Shown here in pieces: positions 53,445 through 63,995 of a stretch of DNA of 64,000 nucleotides. The position numbers were made by a program, and so were the translations under genes. Location: contig CAWCCO010000008.1 in NCBI GenBank assembly GCA_963794115.1, positions 35,585-99,584 of the forward strand. Reading direction: 5' to 3'. The notes below the pieces were generated by a model, which worked only from the letters and a program-made list of their open reading frames with translations, was not told the DNA's origin and ran no database searches. This stretch comes from an uncultured Actinomycetes bacterium (GTDB lineage: Bacteria > Actinomycetota > Thermoleophilia > Gaiellales > Gaiellaceae). Each line of letters begins with the position of its first letter. Positions within the stretch are counted from its first letter, which is position 1.

Positions 53445-54268
53445 CGAGCACCGTCGTCGAGCCGATCCCGCGCGGGTTCGGTCGCGAGATCGGCGGCCGG
53501 CTGCGCGATTGGGTGCCGGCGATCGTCGTCTTCCTCGTCGGGCTCGCCCTCTGGCAGGGCCTCACGACCGTCTTCAACGTCGAGACGTTCCTCCTGCCGA
53601 AGCCGACCGACATCGCCCAGGCGTTCTGGGAGGACAAGGGCACGCTGTGGGACTACGGCCTCTACACGTTCAAGGAGGCGGCGGGGGGCTTCGCGCTCGG
53701 CTCGGCTTTCGGGATCCTGATGGCCCTCTTCCTCGCGCGATTCCGGGCCCTCGGCAGCGCGCTCCTGCCGTTCGCGATCGCGGCGAACGCGATCCCGATC
53801 ATCGCGTTCGCGCCGATCACGAACAACTGGTTCGGGCTCCTCAACCCGTTCTCGAAGATGGCGATCGCCGCCGTCCTTTGCTTCTTTCCGGTGATGGTGA
53901 ACACCCTGCGTGGGTTGACGAGCGTCGACGTGCGCTCGATCGAGCTGATGCGCTCGTACGGGGCGGGCGAGATCGCGACGTTCCGCGTCGTGCGGATCCC
54001 CAACTCGCTGCCCTTCATGTTCACCGGGCTCAAGGTGGCCGCGGTGCTCTCGATGATCGGGGCGATCGTCGGCGAGTACTTCGGCGGCCCGACGAACGCG
54101 CTCGGGGTGAGCATCCTCAACGACACGCAGCTCTTCAACTTCCCGCGCGCCTGGGCCGGAATCGCGCTGGCAAGTGTCTTCGGAATCGTGTTCTATGGGG
54201 CCGTCGCGCTCGTGGAGCGGCTGACGACGAGCTGGCACCCGTCGTCACGCGGGCTCCGCGGGGAGTGA
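53441..54268 (+). CDS. NitT/TauT-type ABC permease
   Basis: LPKP.DI, FFPVMVNTLRGL and IGAIVGEY motifs. Confidence 0.9.
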   Translation: MTSTVVEPIPRGFGREIGGRLRDWVPAIVVFLVGLALWQGLTTVFNVETFLLPKPTDIAQAFWEDKGTLWDYGLYTFKEAAGGFALGSAFGILMALFLARFRALGSALLPFAIAANAIPIIAFAPITNNWFGLLNPFSKMAIAAVLCFFPVMVNTLRGLTSVDVRSIELMRSYGAGEIATFRVVRIPNSLPFMFTGLKVAAVLSMIGAIVGEYFGGPTNALGVSILNDTQLFNFPRAWAGIALASVFGIVFYGAVALVERLTTSWHPSSRGLRGE

Positions 54269-54300
54269 CGGACGAGATGTCGAACCGGAGGAGGACGACG

Positions 54301-55419
54301 TTGAGGCGGAAGCGAATCGGGTTCGCCGCGGTGGCGGTCGCATGCGTCGCGCTCGCGGCGTGGGTCGCAGTGGCGACGGCCGCACCGGCCAAGCCGGCGG
54401 CGACGAAGGTGACCCTGCAGCTGAAGTGGGTGACGCAGGCCCAGTTCGCTGGCTACTACGCGGCGCTGGAAAAGGGCTACTACGACAAGGAGGGTCTCGA
54501 CGTCACGATCAAGGTCGGCGGGCCGAGCATCACGCCGGAGACCGTCGTGGCGGGCAAGCGGGCCGAGTTCGGCATCGACTGGCTCCCGAACCTCTTCGCG
54601 ACACGCGAGAAGGGGTCGAACCTCGTGTCGATCGCGCAGGTCTTCGCCCGCTCCGGGATGACCGAGCTGACGTGGAAGTCGAGCGGGATCAACACGATCA
54701 AGAAGATGCGCGGCAAGAAGGTCGGGGTCTGGTGCTGCGGGAACGAGCCCGAGCTCTTCGCGGCGCTGCAGAAGAACGGCATCGACCACTCCAACTCGAG
54801 CGACGTGACGATCGTCAACCAGCCGTTCGACATGCAGCTCTTCCTGAAGAACCAGGTCGACGCTGCGGCGGCGATGACCTACAACGAGCTCGCCCAGGTG
54901 CTGGAGACAAAGAACCCGAAGACCGGGAAGCTCTACACGATCAAGGACCTGAACATCTTCAAGATGGCGAGCCCGGCGGTGGGGACGGGGATGCTCGAGG
55001 ACAACGTCTTCGTGCGCTCGGACTGGATCGCGGACAAGACGAACCAGTCGACGGCGGTGAAGTTCCTGAAGGCCTCGTTCGAGGGTTGGATCTACTGCCG
55101 TGACCACCAGCAGGAGTGCGTGAGCTTCGTGCTCAAGAACGGGTCGCTCCTCGGCCGCGGCCACCAGACGTGGGAGATGAACGAGATCAACGCGCTCATC
55201 TGGCCGAACCCGCGCGGCATCGGCTTGCCGCCACCCGGCTCGGTCGCGCAGACGACCAACATCGCGAAGACCTACGGCGTGATCAAGAAGGTGCCGCAGG
55301 GCGCGACGAACTACGCGTACGCCGCGAAGGCGGTCGCGCAGCTCAAGGCCGCGCACGTCAACGTGACCGGTGCGAAGTGGAAGAAGGCCACCGTGAAGGT
55401 GACGGTCGGCGGGAAGTAA
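54301..55419 (+). CDS. ABC substrate-binding protein (NMT1/THI5-like)
   Basis: Signal peptide; LQLKWVTQAQFAGYYAA..KGYY..EGLDV and AMTYNE; RBS GGAGGAGG before TTG 54301 (alternative ATG 54277). Confidence 0.9.
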   Translation: MRRKRIGFAAVAVACVALAAWVAVATAAPAKPAATKVTLQLKWVTQAQFAGYYAALEKGYYDKEGLDVTIKVGGPSITPETVVAGKRAEFGIDWLPNLFATREKGSNLVSIAQVFARSGMTELTWKSSGINTIKKMRGKKVGVWCCGNEPELFAALQKNGIDHSNSSDVTIVNQPFDMQLFLKNQVDAAAAMTYNELAQVLETKNPKTGKLYTIKDLNIFKMASPAVGTGMLEDNVFVRSDWIADKTNQSTAVKFLKASFEGWIYCRDHQQECVSFVLKNGSLLGRGHQTWEMNEINALIWPNPRGIGLPPPGSVAQTTNIAKTYGVIKKVPQGATNYAYAAKAVAQLKAAHVNVTGAKWKKATVKVTVGGK

Positions 55420-55451
55420 CGACGCAGAGACGACGAGAAGGGAGATCCGCG

Positions 55452-56861
55452 ATGTCCGTGTTGATCAAGGGCGGCCGTGTCGTGACGGCGACCGACGACT
55501 ACGTCGGCGACGTCTTCGTGGACGGCGAGCGGATCTCCCTCCTCGGCGAGGACCTGGACGTGACCGCGGACACGACGATCGACGCGAGCGGGAAGCTCGT
55601 CCTGCCCGGGCTCGTCGATCCGCACACGCACCTCGACATGCCGTTCGGCGGCACCACGACGATCGACGACGTCCGCTCGGGCCACGAGGCGGCTGCGTTC
55701 GGCGGGACGACGAGCCACGTCGACTTCTGCATCCAGGCAAAGGGTCAGAGCTTCGCCGACGCGCTCTCCGACTGGCACGCGAAGCGCGAGGGCAAGGCGC
55801 TGATCGACATGGGCTACCACATCGCCGTCACCGACCTCTCAGAGCCGGGGCGGCTCGAGGAGCTCGCGACGCTGCCCGACCAGGGCGTCACCTCCTACAA
55901 GCTCTTCATGGCGTACAAGGGCGCCCTCCAGGTCGACGACGAGACGCTCTTCCGCACGATGGAGGTCGCCGCCAGGACCGGGGCTCTCGTGATGGTGCAC
56001 GCCGAGAACGGCGACGCGATCGACGTGCTCGTCAAGGAGGCCCTCGCGGCGGGGAACACGGCCCCGCACTTCCATGCGCTGACGCGCCCGCCCGAGACCG
56101 AGGGCGAAGCGACGAACCGGGCGATCCAGCTTGCTCGCGTCGCCGGCTGCCCGCTGTACGTCGTCCACGTCTCGTGCAAGGAGTCGGTCGAGCCGATCGC
56201 GCTCGCCCGCGAGAAGGGCTGGGACGTCTGGGGCGAGACCTGCACGCAGTACTTCTTCATCGACCAGACGTTCCTCGAGCGGCCGAACTTCGAGGGCGCG
56301 AAGTACGTCTACACGCCACCGCCGCGCGCGAAGGCGAACCAGGACGTCCTCTGGAACGCGGTGCGCACCGACGTCCTCTCTGCGATCTCGACCGACCACT
56401 GCTCGTTCCTCTGGGACGGCCAGAAGACGCTCGGTCGCGACGACTTCTCGTTGATCCCGAACGGCGGGCCGGGGCTCGAGAACCGGCTGCACATGATCCA
56501 CCACTTCGGCGTCCGCGAGGGACGGATCACGCTGAACCGGATGGTCGAGCTCCTCTCGACGAACCCCGCGAAGCTCTTCGGCCTCTATCCACGCAAGGGG
56601 ACGATCGCGCCCGGCTCCGATGCGGACCTCGTGATCTTCGACCCGGCGAAGCACAAGACGATCACCGCGGCCGACCAGCACTCGAAGACCGACTACAACC
56701 TCTACGAGGGCACGGAGGTCACGGGCGACGTCGAGACCGTCCTCGTTCGCGGGACAGTCGTCGTCGACGACGGCGAGCTCCGGGTGGAGCCCGGCTTCGG
56801 CCAGTTCGTCGCGCGCGCGAAGTTCGGCGAGGAGCTCCGGCCGGCGGTCGCTCGGGCCTAG
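55452..56861 (+). CDS. hydA: Dihydropyrimidinase / D-hydantoinase
   Basis: DPHTHL, SYKLFMAYK, VHAENG, VHVS, GETC and STDHC motifs. Confidence 0.94.
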   Translation: MSVLIKGGRVVTATDDYVGDVFVDGERISLLGEDLDVTADTTIDASGKLVLPGLVDPHTHLDMPFGGTTTIDDVRSGHEAAAFGGTTSHVDFCIQAKGQSFADALSDWHAKREGKALIDMGYHIAVTDLSEPGRLEELATLPDQGVTSYKLFMAYKGALQVDDETLFRTMEVAARTGALVMVHAENGDAIDVLVKEALAAGNTAPHFHALTRPPETEGEATNRAIQLARVAGCPLYVVHVSCKESVEPIALAREKGWDVWGETCTQYFFIDQTFLERPNFEGAKYVYTPPPRAKANQDVLWNAVRTDVLSAISTDHCSFLWDGQKTLGRDDFSLIPNGGPGLENRLHMIHHFGVREGRITLNRMVELLSTNPAKLFGLYPRKGTIAPGSDADLVIFDPAKHKTITAADQHSKTDYNLYEGTEVTGDVETVLVRGTVVVDDGELRVEPGFGQFVARAKFGEELRPAVARA

Positions 56862-56887
56862 AGACGCGACGCAGGGAGGCGGACGCG

Positions 56888-57874
56888 GTCCTCCACGTCA
56901 CGAACGGTGAGAGCACAGCCGCGACGCTGCGGCGCACGACGCTCGGCGGTGTGGTCCTCCCTTGGCAGGACGTCCTTCACGCGGGGCCCGTGCCCGCGGA
57001 GCCTCGAGCGCAGTTCCTGCGACGCCGTGCCGCGTTTTTCTCCGAGTGCGGCTGGGGGAGTGCGCCGGCGATCCTCGCCTCTCTCCAGGACCGGGACGAC
57101 CAGCTCCGTGCCGCGTTCGCCGACGGGGCGGAGGTCGTCATGTGGTTCGAGCACGACCTGTACGACCAGCTGCAGCTCGTCGATGTGCTCGCGCTCGCGC
57201 GCGAGGAGGGGGCGAGACCGAGCGCGATCGTCGTGGACTCCTTCCCTGGGAAGCCGGGGTTCCGGGGTCTCGGCGAGCTGACCGCGGAGGAGCTCGAGAC
57301 CCTCTGGCCCGCGCGCCGCGAGGTCGCCGTCGACGCGCTCGAGACCGCGGCGGCCGTGTGGGATGCCTTCCGCGCGCCCGAGCCGGAGGCGCTCGCGGGC
57401 TGGGTCGTGCGCGGCACTCCCGCGCTCCCGCTCCTCGGCCCGGCGCTCGGCCGCCTGCTGGAGGAGCTGCCGGCTCCCGGCGATGGGCTCGCGACTACCG
57501 AGCGGATCGCGCTCCGCGCGGTGGCGGAGGGCGCCTCCACCCCCGTCGCCGCATTCCTCGCGGCGCAGGAGCTCGAGGAGGCGCCATTCCTCGGCGACGC
57601 CTGGTTGTTCCGTTCGCTGGCCGAGCTCGGCCGCGGCCCCGCCCGCCTCGTCGAGACCGAGGGCGCCGACCTGCCTGTGCCGCCGCCGCTCGGCGACCGG
57701 AGGCTCTTCGCGGGGATGCCGATCCGTCTGACGGCGAACGGTGAGGGCGTCCTCGCGGGCGATGCCGACCGGGTCGAGCTGCTCGGCATCGACCGCTGGG
57801 TCGGTGGCACGCATGTGGTCGACGACCGCGTCTGGCGCTGGGATCCCGACCAGCAGCGGCTGCTGGCGCCCTGA
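56888..57874 (+). CDS. DUF1835-like hypothetical protein (start codon not evident)
   Basis: LHVTNG.S...W.DVLH.GPVP, WFEHDLYDQLQL, LEELP...DGL..TE, PFLGD and IDRWVGG motifs. Confidence 0.75.
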   Translation, partial: VLHVTNGESTAATLRRTTLGGVVLPWQDVLHAGPVPAEPRAQFLRRRAAFFSECGWGSAPAILASLQDRDDQLRAAFADGAEVVMWFEHDLYDQLQLVDVLALAREEGARPSAIVVDSFPGKPGFRGLGELTAEELETLWPARREVAVDALETAAAVWDAFRAPEPEALAGWVVRGTPALPLLGPALGRLLEELPAPGDGLATTERIALRAVAEGASTPVAAFLAAQELEEAPFLGDAWLFRSLAELGRGPARLVETEGADLPVPPPLGDRRLFAGMPIRLTANGEGVLAGDADRVELLGIDRWVGGTHVVDDRVWRWDPDQQRLLAP

Positions 57875-57877
57875 CCG

Positions 57878-58816
57878 TTACGGCACGAGCACGAGCTTCG
57901 TCGCCTCACCGGCGGCCTGGCGGCGCCACGCGTCGGCGACCGCGTCGAGCGGCAGCTGCTCCACCTCGAGCCGGATCTCGCCTGCGACCGCATGCCCCAC
58001 GAGCCGCGGGTACTGCTCCGCGAGCACCTTGTGCGGCACGCCGAACGCGACATGGCCGAGGATCGTGAGGTTCTTCCCGCGTACGGCGCCCGAGGCGAGC
58101 TCGGCGGTCGGCCCCGCCGACTGGCCGAGGTTGACGAACCGGCCCCACGGCGCGGCCGCCTGCACTGCGGCCGCCGCCGGCTCGCCCCACAACGCGTCGA
58201 AGACGTAGTCGGGGCCGTCGCCCCCGGCGGCCTCGCGGAACGCGCCGACGAGATCGTCCACGACCCCCAGCTGGACGGTCGCGTCGGCCCCGAGTGCGGC
58301 CGCCAGCGCGAGCCGCTCGGCGTCCCGACCGACGGCAACCACGCGTGCGGCGCCGAGGAGCTTCGCCGCCTGCACCGCGACGAGCCCGACCGAGCCGGTC
58401 GCGCCGAGCACGAGCACGGTTTCGCCGCCGTGAAGCGGCGCCCGCCACGCGAAGGGGAGCCAGCCCGCCAGCCCTGCGATCCCGAGGCCTGCGGCGAGCG
58501 CGGGGTCGGCGCCGTCCGGGACCTCGACGGTGGCGGCGTCCCCGATCTCGGCGCGCTCGGCCATCCCGCCGCTCCGGCGAAGACCCAAACCGCCGCCGAA
58601 GAGCCACACCGTCCGTCCGTCCGCGGTGCGTCCGACCGCCTCGCATCCCGGCACGTACGGCACCGGCGGATTTCCGGCGTGGTAGCTGCCGGAAGCGACG
58701 CCGAGGTCGACGGGGTTGAGCGGCGCGGCGAGCACCTCGACGGTCTCTCCGAGCGGGTCCGCGACCTCGCCCAGCTCCGCAGTCGCCCCAAGCTCCCTGA
58801 CGACCGCGGCTCTCAC
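57878..58816 (-). CDS. NADPH:quinone oxidoreductase (MDR family)
   Basis: LNPVD, PYVPGCEAVG and VLVLGATGSVG..AVQ.AK..GA motifs. Confidence 0.88.
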   Translation of the reverse strand: MRAAVVRELGATAELGEVADPLGETVEVLAAPLNPVDLGVASGSYHAGNPPVPYVPGCEAVGRTADGRTVWLFGGGLGLRRSGGMAERAEIGDAATVEVPDGADPALAAGLGIAGLAGWLPFAWRAPLHGGETVLVLGATGSVGLVAVQAAKLLGAARVVAVGRDAERLALAAALGADATVQLGVVDDLVGAFREAAGGDGPDYVFDALWGEPAAAAVQAAAPWGRFVNLGQSAGPTAELASGAVRGKNLTILGHVAFGVPHKVLAEQYPRLVGHAVAGEIRLEVEQLPLDAVADAWRRQAAGEATKLVLVP

Positions 58817-58856
58817 GCGACCGAGCCTACTCGTCAGCCGGCTCGGCACGGAAGAC

Positions 58857-58884
58857 GGCGGACGGCCCTCTCGGGCCGTCCGCC
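58857..58884. terminator. 12-bp hairpin
   Basis: GGCGGACGGCCC-TCTC-GGGCCGTCCGCC downstream of the 58925-59530 gene. Confidence 0.55.
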
Positions 58885-58924
58885 ATCCCCCGTCGGCCGA
58901 GCGGGCACAGCGCTCGCGTGCCGC

Positions 58925-59530
58925 CTAACCCTTGTTGAAAGGGTGCATCAGCGGGTTCATGCCGGAGTACACGCCGGCGGGATTCGGGTACCACGCCCAC
59001 ACGTGGAGCGTGACGAGATCCGGGTGCCAGAACCCGAACGCCGCGCCGCTCTGCGGGCTCTTCGGGGCGCACGCGCTCTGGTCCGCCTGGAACACGAACG
59101 TCCCGTCCTTGTAGTGGCACGCGGCACCGAACGAGCCGTAGGTGGCACCCGGCAGCGGTGGCTTCGCCGGCTTCTTCGGGAAGACCCACTCGAACGCCAC
59201 GAGCTGCCAGCTCGAGCCACGCTTGCCGTAGACGAGGATCGGTGGCTTCGTGATGTCGAACGTCGTGATCTTCGGGTTCATGAAGTGCCACCCCATGTCC
59301 GGGATCATCTGGGTGATGACCCCGTAGCCCTGCTTCTTCGCGAGCGTGAGGTTATTGGCGTACTTCGCGGTCGCCACGCGCGCGTCCGCGAGCTGCGCGG
59401 CGAGCGCCTGGGAGCTCGATCCGCCCATCGTCGCCATGTCGTGGCGGTGGACGGCGGGCCCGGCCGAGGCGAGGGCGGCGAAGACCGCCGCGGCCGCCAC
59501 GGTGAGCACGAGAATGCTGACTCGGCGCAT
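58925..59530 (-). CDS. Secreted hypothetical protein (His-containing)
   Basis: Signal peptide; MGWHFMNP, P.ILVY and TLHVWAW..NP.G motifs; RBS AGAGGAG. Confidence 0.8.
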   Translation of the reverse strand: MRRVSILVLTVAAAAVFAALASAGPAVHRHDMATMGGSSSQALAAQLADARVATAKYANNLTLAKKQGYGVITQMIPDMGWHFMNPKITTFDITKPPILVYGKRGSSWQLVAFEWVFPKKPAKPPLPGATYGSFGAACHYKDGTFVFQADQSACAPKSPQSGAAFGFWHPDLVTLHVWAWYPNPAGVYSGMNPLMHPFNKG

Positions 59531-59557
59531 TTCGACTCCTCTCTTGTCCGGACGGCC

Positions 59558-59853
59558 CTAGGCCGCGACCGTGGTCGGGTCGGGCCGCACGATCACGGTG
59601 TCGCCGACCTTGACGATCTCGTCGACGGGAAGCTCGGCGGCCGAGGCGTGACGCCTGATCGCCTCGGGGCTCGTTGCCTGGTAGACGCAGACGGTGCCCG
59701 ACGCGCCCGTCGGTCTCGGCCGTGACGTAGCTGCGGATCCAGCGGACGTCGTCGCGGCATCCGGTCGCCCTCGACCGTCGAGCGCTCGGCGGCCTCGCGC
59801 AGGTCGTCCGCTGTCCGCCAGCCGCCCCGGCGCAGGATCACGTACGTCTCCAT
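59558..59853 (-). CDS. DUF4242-like small protein (two apparent frameshifts)
   Basis: Reconstructed METYVILRRGGWRTADDLREAAERST.EGDRMP/DDVRWIRSYV../GTVCVYQATSPEAIRRHASAAELPVDEIVKVGDTVIVRPDP. Confidence 0.7.
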
Positions 59854-59942
59854 CGGCTCTCCTCCTCTCGATGACCGGAGGCAGGCTAGGCGGGGCCGTG
59901 AGCGCCCGAATCGGCGGAATTACCTAGGTTGCGCCGCCGCAG

Positions 59943-62548
59943 TTACCGGTCTTGGAGCACGCCGAGACGGGTGGCGTTCGCGACAGCCTCGCCCCGCGAC
60001 CGCGCGCCGAGCTTGCGCAGGATCGACGAGACGTGATGGTCGACGGTGCGCCGCGAGACGACAAGTCGGTCGGCGATCTCGGTGTTGCGGAACCCTTCGG
60101 CGACCAGGCCGAGCACCTCGACCTCCCGGGCGGTGAGCTGCGCCTCGTTCGTGCGGGTGGTCGCCCGGGGGCCTCGCGGGACGCTCTCTCCGCCCTCCCG
60201 GAGCCGCCGTGCGACCATCGTCGCGACGGGGCGCGCACCGAGTCGCTGCAGCTCCGCGTGCGCCTGGCGCAACGCGCCGACGTCACCCGTCTGCGAGAGC
60301 GCGAGCGCAGCCTCGTACGGCTGGCCGCGTCTCGTCCACTCGCCGGCGGCCTGCGCCCACTCGCCGGCCAGCGCGAGCGCGTGGGGGCTGGAGGCACCGT
60401 CCGGAAGCTCCTTCTCGAGGCCCGCCAGGTGACGCCAGAAGGACAATCGGCAGGCGGTGTCCGTTCGACCGTCGCCGAGCGCGGCCTGCAGGGCGCTTTC
60501 GGTCGCTGCGTCCACCTCGTCGGGCTGTTCTTCCAGCCAGGCGATCTCCGCGGTTGCCTCGGAGATCTCGGAGAGGGTCTCGTGGTCGTCGGGAGAGATG
60601 TCGACGTCCGCGACGGCGGCGAGCGCGTCTCGGGCGCCCGGATCTCCGCGCCGCGCACGCGCGAGAGCGAGCACGAGGAGCGCTGCGGCATGTGGCGACG
60701 GGGACTCCCGGGGGTCGTCGAGGATCTCGTTCGCCCTTCGCGTCGCGTCGTCGAAACGCGCTTGCGCCAGGAGCGAGAGCGCAGAGATGTGGAGCATGCT
60801 GATCCGCCAGAGATCGCTCGTGTGCTCGGCGCAGCGCTCCAGCCCCGCTTCGAGATACGTCTCCACCAGATCGTGCCGATGCCAGTCGAGGCAGACACCG
60901 GCCATGTTGTGCATTGCGCGGACGGCCGACCTCGATCTGCCCGTGTCGTTCTGCGAACCGGGCCGCGTCTTCGAGTAACGCGAGACCCGCCTCGAGATCG
61001 CGGTAGCCGGTCGCGGTCGCCACCGTGACTCGCGCATGCGCGACCGTGTACACGTCGTCGTAGCGCTCGCCGATCTCGATCGCCTGTTTGCTGAGCTCGA
61101 TCGATGCGTCCACGCCGTCGAGGAGCCCAAATCGCCCCGCGGCGTAGAGGATGTATGCGTGCTCGGGCTGCTCTGGCTCGCTGGCGGCGAGCGCGGCGGC
61201 CCGCTCCAGGGTCGCCTTCGACTCGGACAGGATGCCTCGGCACCTGAGGTAGTCCGCGAGCTCGGATCGCGCTCGTGCCTCTTGCAGAGGTGCCTGCTGC
61301 TCCTGCCGGCAGCGGATCGCCTCGCGGATTACCGCGATCGCCTCGACCTGGTCGTCGGCGAGATAACAGGCTCGCGAACGGCCTTCGAGGAGCTCCGCGC
61401 GCCGGCCCGGCGGCAGGTCGGCGCCGAAGCGAAGCGCGCGCGCGTACTGTGCGGCGGCCTCCCGGTACGCACCCACGCTCGCCGCTCGCTCGGCCGCCAT
61501 CGGCGCGTACCGGAGCACCTCGTCCCGGTCGGCGGCCTCCTCGGCGTGGTGGGCGAGGCGCGCCGGGTCCGTGGCGTTGTCCTCCGCGTCGGCGAGCGCC
61601 AGCAAGACGGACCGGTGAAGTGCAAGACGCCGCGCGGGCGACACAGCCTCCTCGACGGTCGCGCGCGCGAGCTCGTGCCGGAACGCGACGGTCCCGTTCG
61701 ACGACCGGAGCACTCCTGCCGCGAGGCACTCGTCGACGGATTCGGACGCTTCCCCGCACACGGCGAGCAACAGCCCTCCATCCAGTGAGGGGGGAGCGAT
61801 CGAGGCGGCTTCGACGACCCGACGGGCGTGTGGCGTGAGACCGGCGACCCGGGCCAGAACGATGTCACGAACCGACTCGGGGATCTCGTCTCCGCCCGCG
61901 GCAAGCAGCTCGGTGACGTAGAACGGGTTGCCGGACGTCAGCGCGTGGAGCGCCTGCGGGTCGAGGGCACGGCCGTCCGCCAGCCGTGCGAACGCCGGCC
62001 GGGGATAGCGGCGTCATCTGGAGCCGACCGACGGCTGCGGCCGTCGCCAGGTCGCCGAGAACCATCCGCAGGGCGTGGTCGCGCTCGAGCGCGTCGTCGC
62101 GGTAGGTGGCGAGCACCAATCCGCGCGTTCGCTCCAGGCGGCGCCCGAGCAGCCGGACGGCGTCGAGCGTCGCCTCGTCCGCCCAGTGGACGTCCTCGAC
62201 GACGACGACGAGCGGCTCGCGGCTCAATTCGAGCAGCACAGAGGCGACCTCGTGCGGCGGGCTGTCGGGGCGAAGGCCGAGCCGTGGGTCGGCCTCTGCG
62301 ATCTCCAGGAACGGCCCGAGCGGACGCGGAGTCGCGAGCGGATCGCAGGAGCCCCACAGGACCGGCGCGTGTGATGGGAGCTCGCCGCAAAAGCGGCGCA
62401 CGAGCGACGTCTTGCCGATGCCCGCCTCGCCGGCGACGAGGACGAGCTGTCCCTGGCCGTCCTCGGCGGCGGCAAACGCCTCGTGGAGCCGCGCGAGCTC
62501 GGCGTCGCGCTCGACGAGGACGCCCGCGTCGGTCGTCGCAACCGCCAT
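59943..62548 (-). CDS. LuxR-family STAND regulator (AAA_16 ATPase + TPR-like + HTH_LuxR); apparent frameshifts at ~61985 and ~60920
   Basis: LVERDAEL, GEAGIGKT, EDVHWADEATLD, GNPFYV, FRHEL and C-terminal LTARE.EVL..VAEG..N.EIA..L.VS.RTVDHHVS.IL.KL. Confidence 0.88.
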
Positions 62549-62639
62549 CGCCGCATCGTGACGAATGGCAGGCGGTCCCGCAATGCCGGCCGCCGGGGCA
62601 GCGCTACGATCGGATCTCGAGCGAAGAAGGAGCGTGGAG

Positions 62640-63995
62640 ATGGCCCTCGTCGAGGCGAACCCGAACCTCGGTGTGCAGATCGTTGCGGACGCGAAGGAGC
62701 ACGTCCTCTACTCGTGGTCGGTGCAGAGCCAGATCGACCCGATCCCGGTCGCGGGCGCACAGGGTCGGCACTTCTGGGATTACGACGGCAAGCGCTATCT
62801 CGACTTCGCCTCGCAACTCGTCAACGTCTCGATCGGCCACCAGCACCCGAAGATCATCCAGGCGATCAAGGACCAGGCCGACCAGCTCTGCACGATCGGC
62901 CCGCCGCTGGCGAACGAGTCACGCTCGACGCTCGGACGCATGCTCGCGGAGGTGACACCCGGCGACCTGTCGGTCTCGTTCTTCACCAACGGCGGCGCGG
63001 AGGCGAACGAGAACGCCGTGAAGCTCGCGCGCCTCGTCACCGGGCGCAACAAGGTCATCGCGCGCTACCGCTCGTACCACGGCGCGACCAACGGCGCCGT
63101 GACGCTGACGGGCGACCCGCGCCGCTGGGCCGTCGAGCCTGGCATGCCCGGTGTGGTGCGCATGTTCGATCCGTACACGTACCGGTGCCCGGCTGGTCAT
63201 CCCGACCCGTGCCCGGTCTGCACGGGCGCGCCGCACCTCGAGGAGATCCTCGAGTACGAGGGCGCGCACACCGTGGCCGCCGTGATCCTCGAGACCGTCA
63301 CGGGCACGAACGGCGTGATCCCGCCGCCCGACGGCTATCTGCGGGCGATCCGCGAGGTCTGTGACCGACACGGGATCCTGCTGATCCTCGACGAGGTGAT
63401 GGCCGGCTTCGGGCGCACTGGACGCTGGTTCGCCTGCGACCACTGGGACGTCGTGCCGGACATCCTCACGGTCGCGAAGGGGATCAACTCCGGTTACGTC
63501 CCGCTCGGAGCGATGATCGCGCGCAGTGGGTTGATCGACGGGATTCGCGACCAGTTCTTCCCTGGTGGGCTGACCTACGCGGGGCACCCGCTGGCGTGCG
63601 CGTCGGCTGTCGCCTCGATCGAGGCGTTCCGCGAGGAGGGTGTCGTCGAAAACGCGGCCGCGATGGGCCAGTGGTTCGGCGACGCGCTGAACGGCCTCGC
63701 CGACCGGCACCCCTCGATCGGCGACGTGCGTGGTCTCGGCTGCTTCTGGGGCATCGAGCTCGTGAAGAACCGCGAGACGCGCGAGATGCTCGTCCCGTAC
63801 AACGCCTCCGGCGAGGCGGCAGCGCCGGTGGCGCGCCTCGCGAAGGCGGCGCTCGAGCGCGGGCTCTATCTGATGACGCATTGGAACGTTGTCATGGTCG
63901 TGCCGCCGTTGACGATCACGCCCGAGGAGGCGGACGAGGGCATCGCGATCCTCGACGACGTGCTCGCCCTCGCCGACGAGCACTACGAGGGTTAG
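62640..63995 (+). CDS. Class III PLP aminotransferase (beta-alanine/omega-amino-acid transaminase-like)
   Basis: SYHGAT, DEVMAGFGRTG, PDILTVAKG and GLTYAGHP motifs. Confidence 0.92.
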   Translation: MALVEANPNLGVQIVADAKEHVLYSWSVQSQIDPIPVAGAQGRHFWDYDGKRYLDFASQLVNVSIGHQHPKIIQAIKDQADQLCTIGPPLANESRSTLGRMLAEVTPGDLSVSFFTNGGAEANENAVKLARLVTGRNKVIARYRSYHGATNGAVTLTGDPRRWAVEPGMPGVVRMFDPYTYRCPAGHPDPCPVCTGAPHLEEILEYEGAHTVAAVILETVTGTNGVIPPPDGYLRAIREVCDRHGILLILDEVMAGFGRTGRWFACDHWDVVPDILTVAKGINSGYVPLGAMIARSGLIDGIRDQFFPGGLTYAGHPLACASAVASIEAFREEGVVENAAAMGQWFGDALNGLADRHPSIGDVRGLGCFWGIELVKNRETREMLVPYNASGEAAAPVARLAKAALERGLYLMTHWNVVMVVPPLTITPEEADEGIAILDDVLALADEHYEG

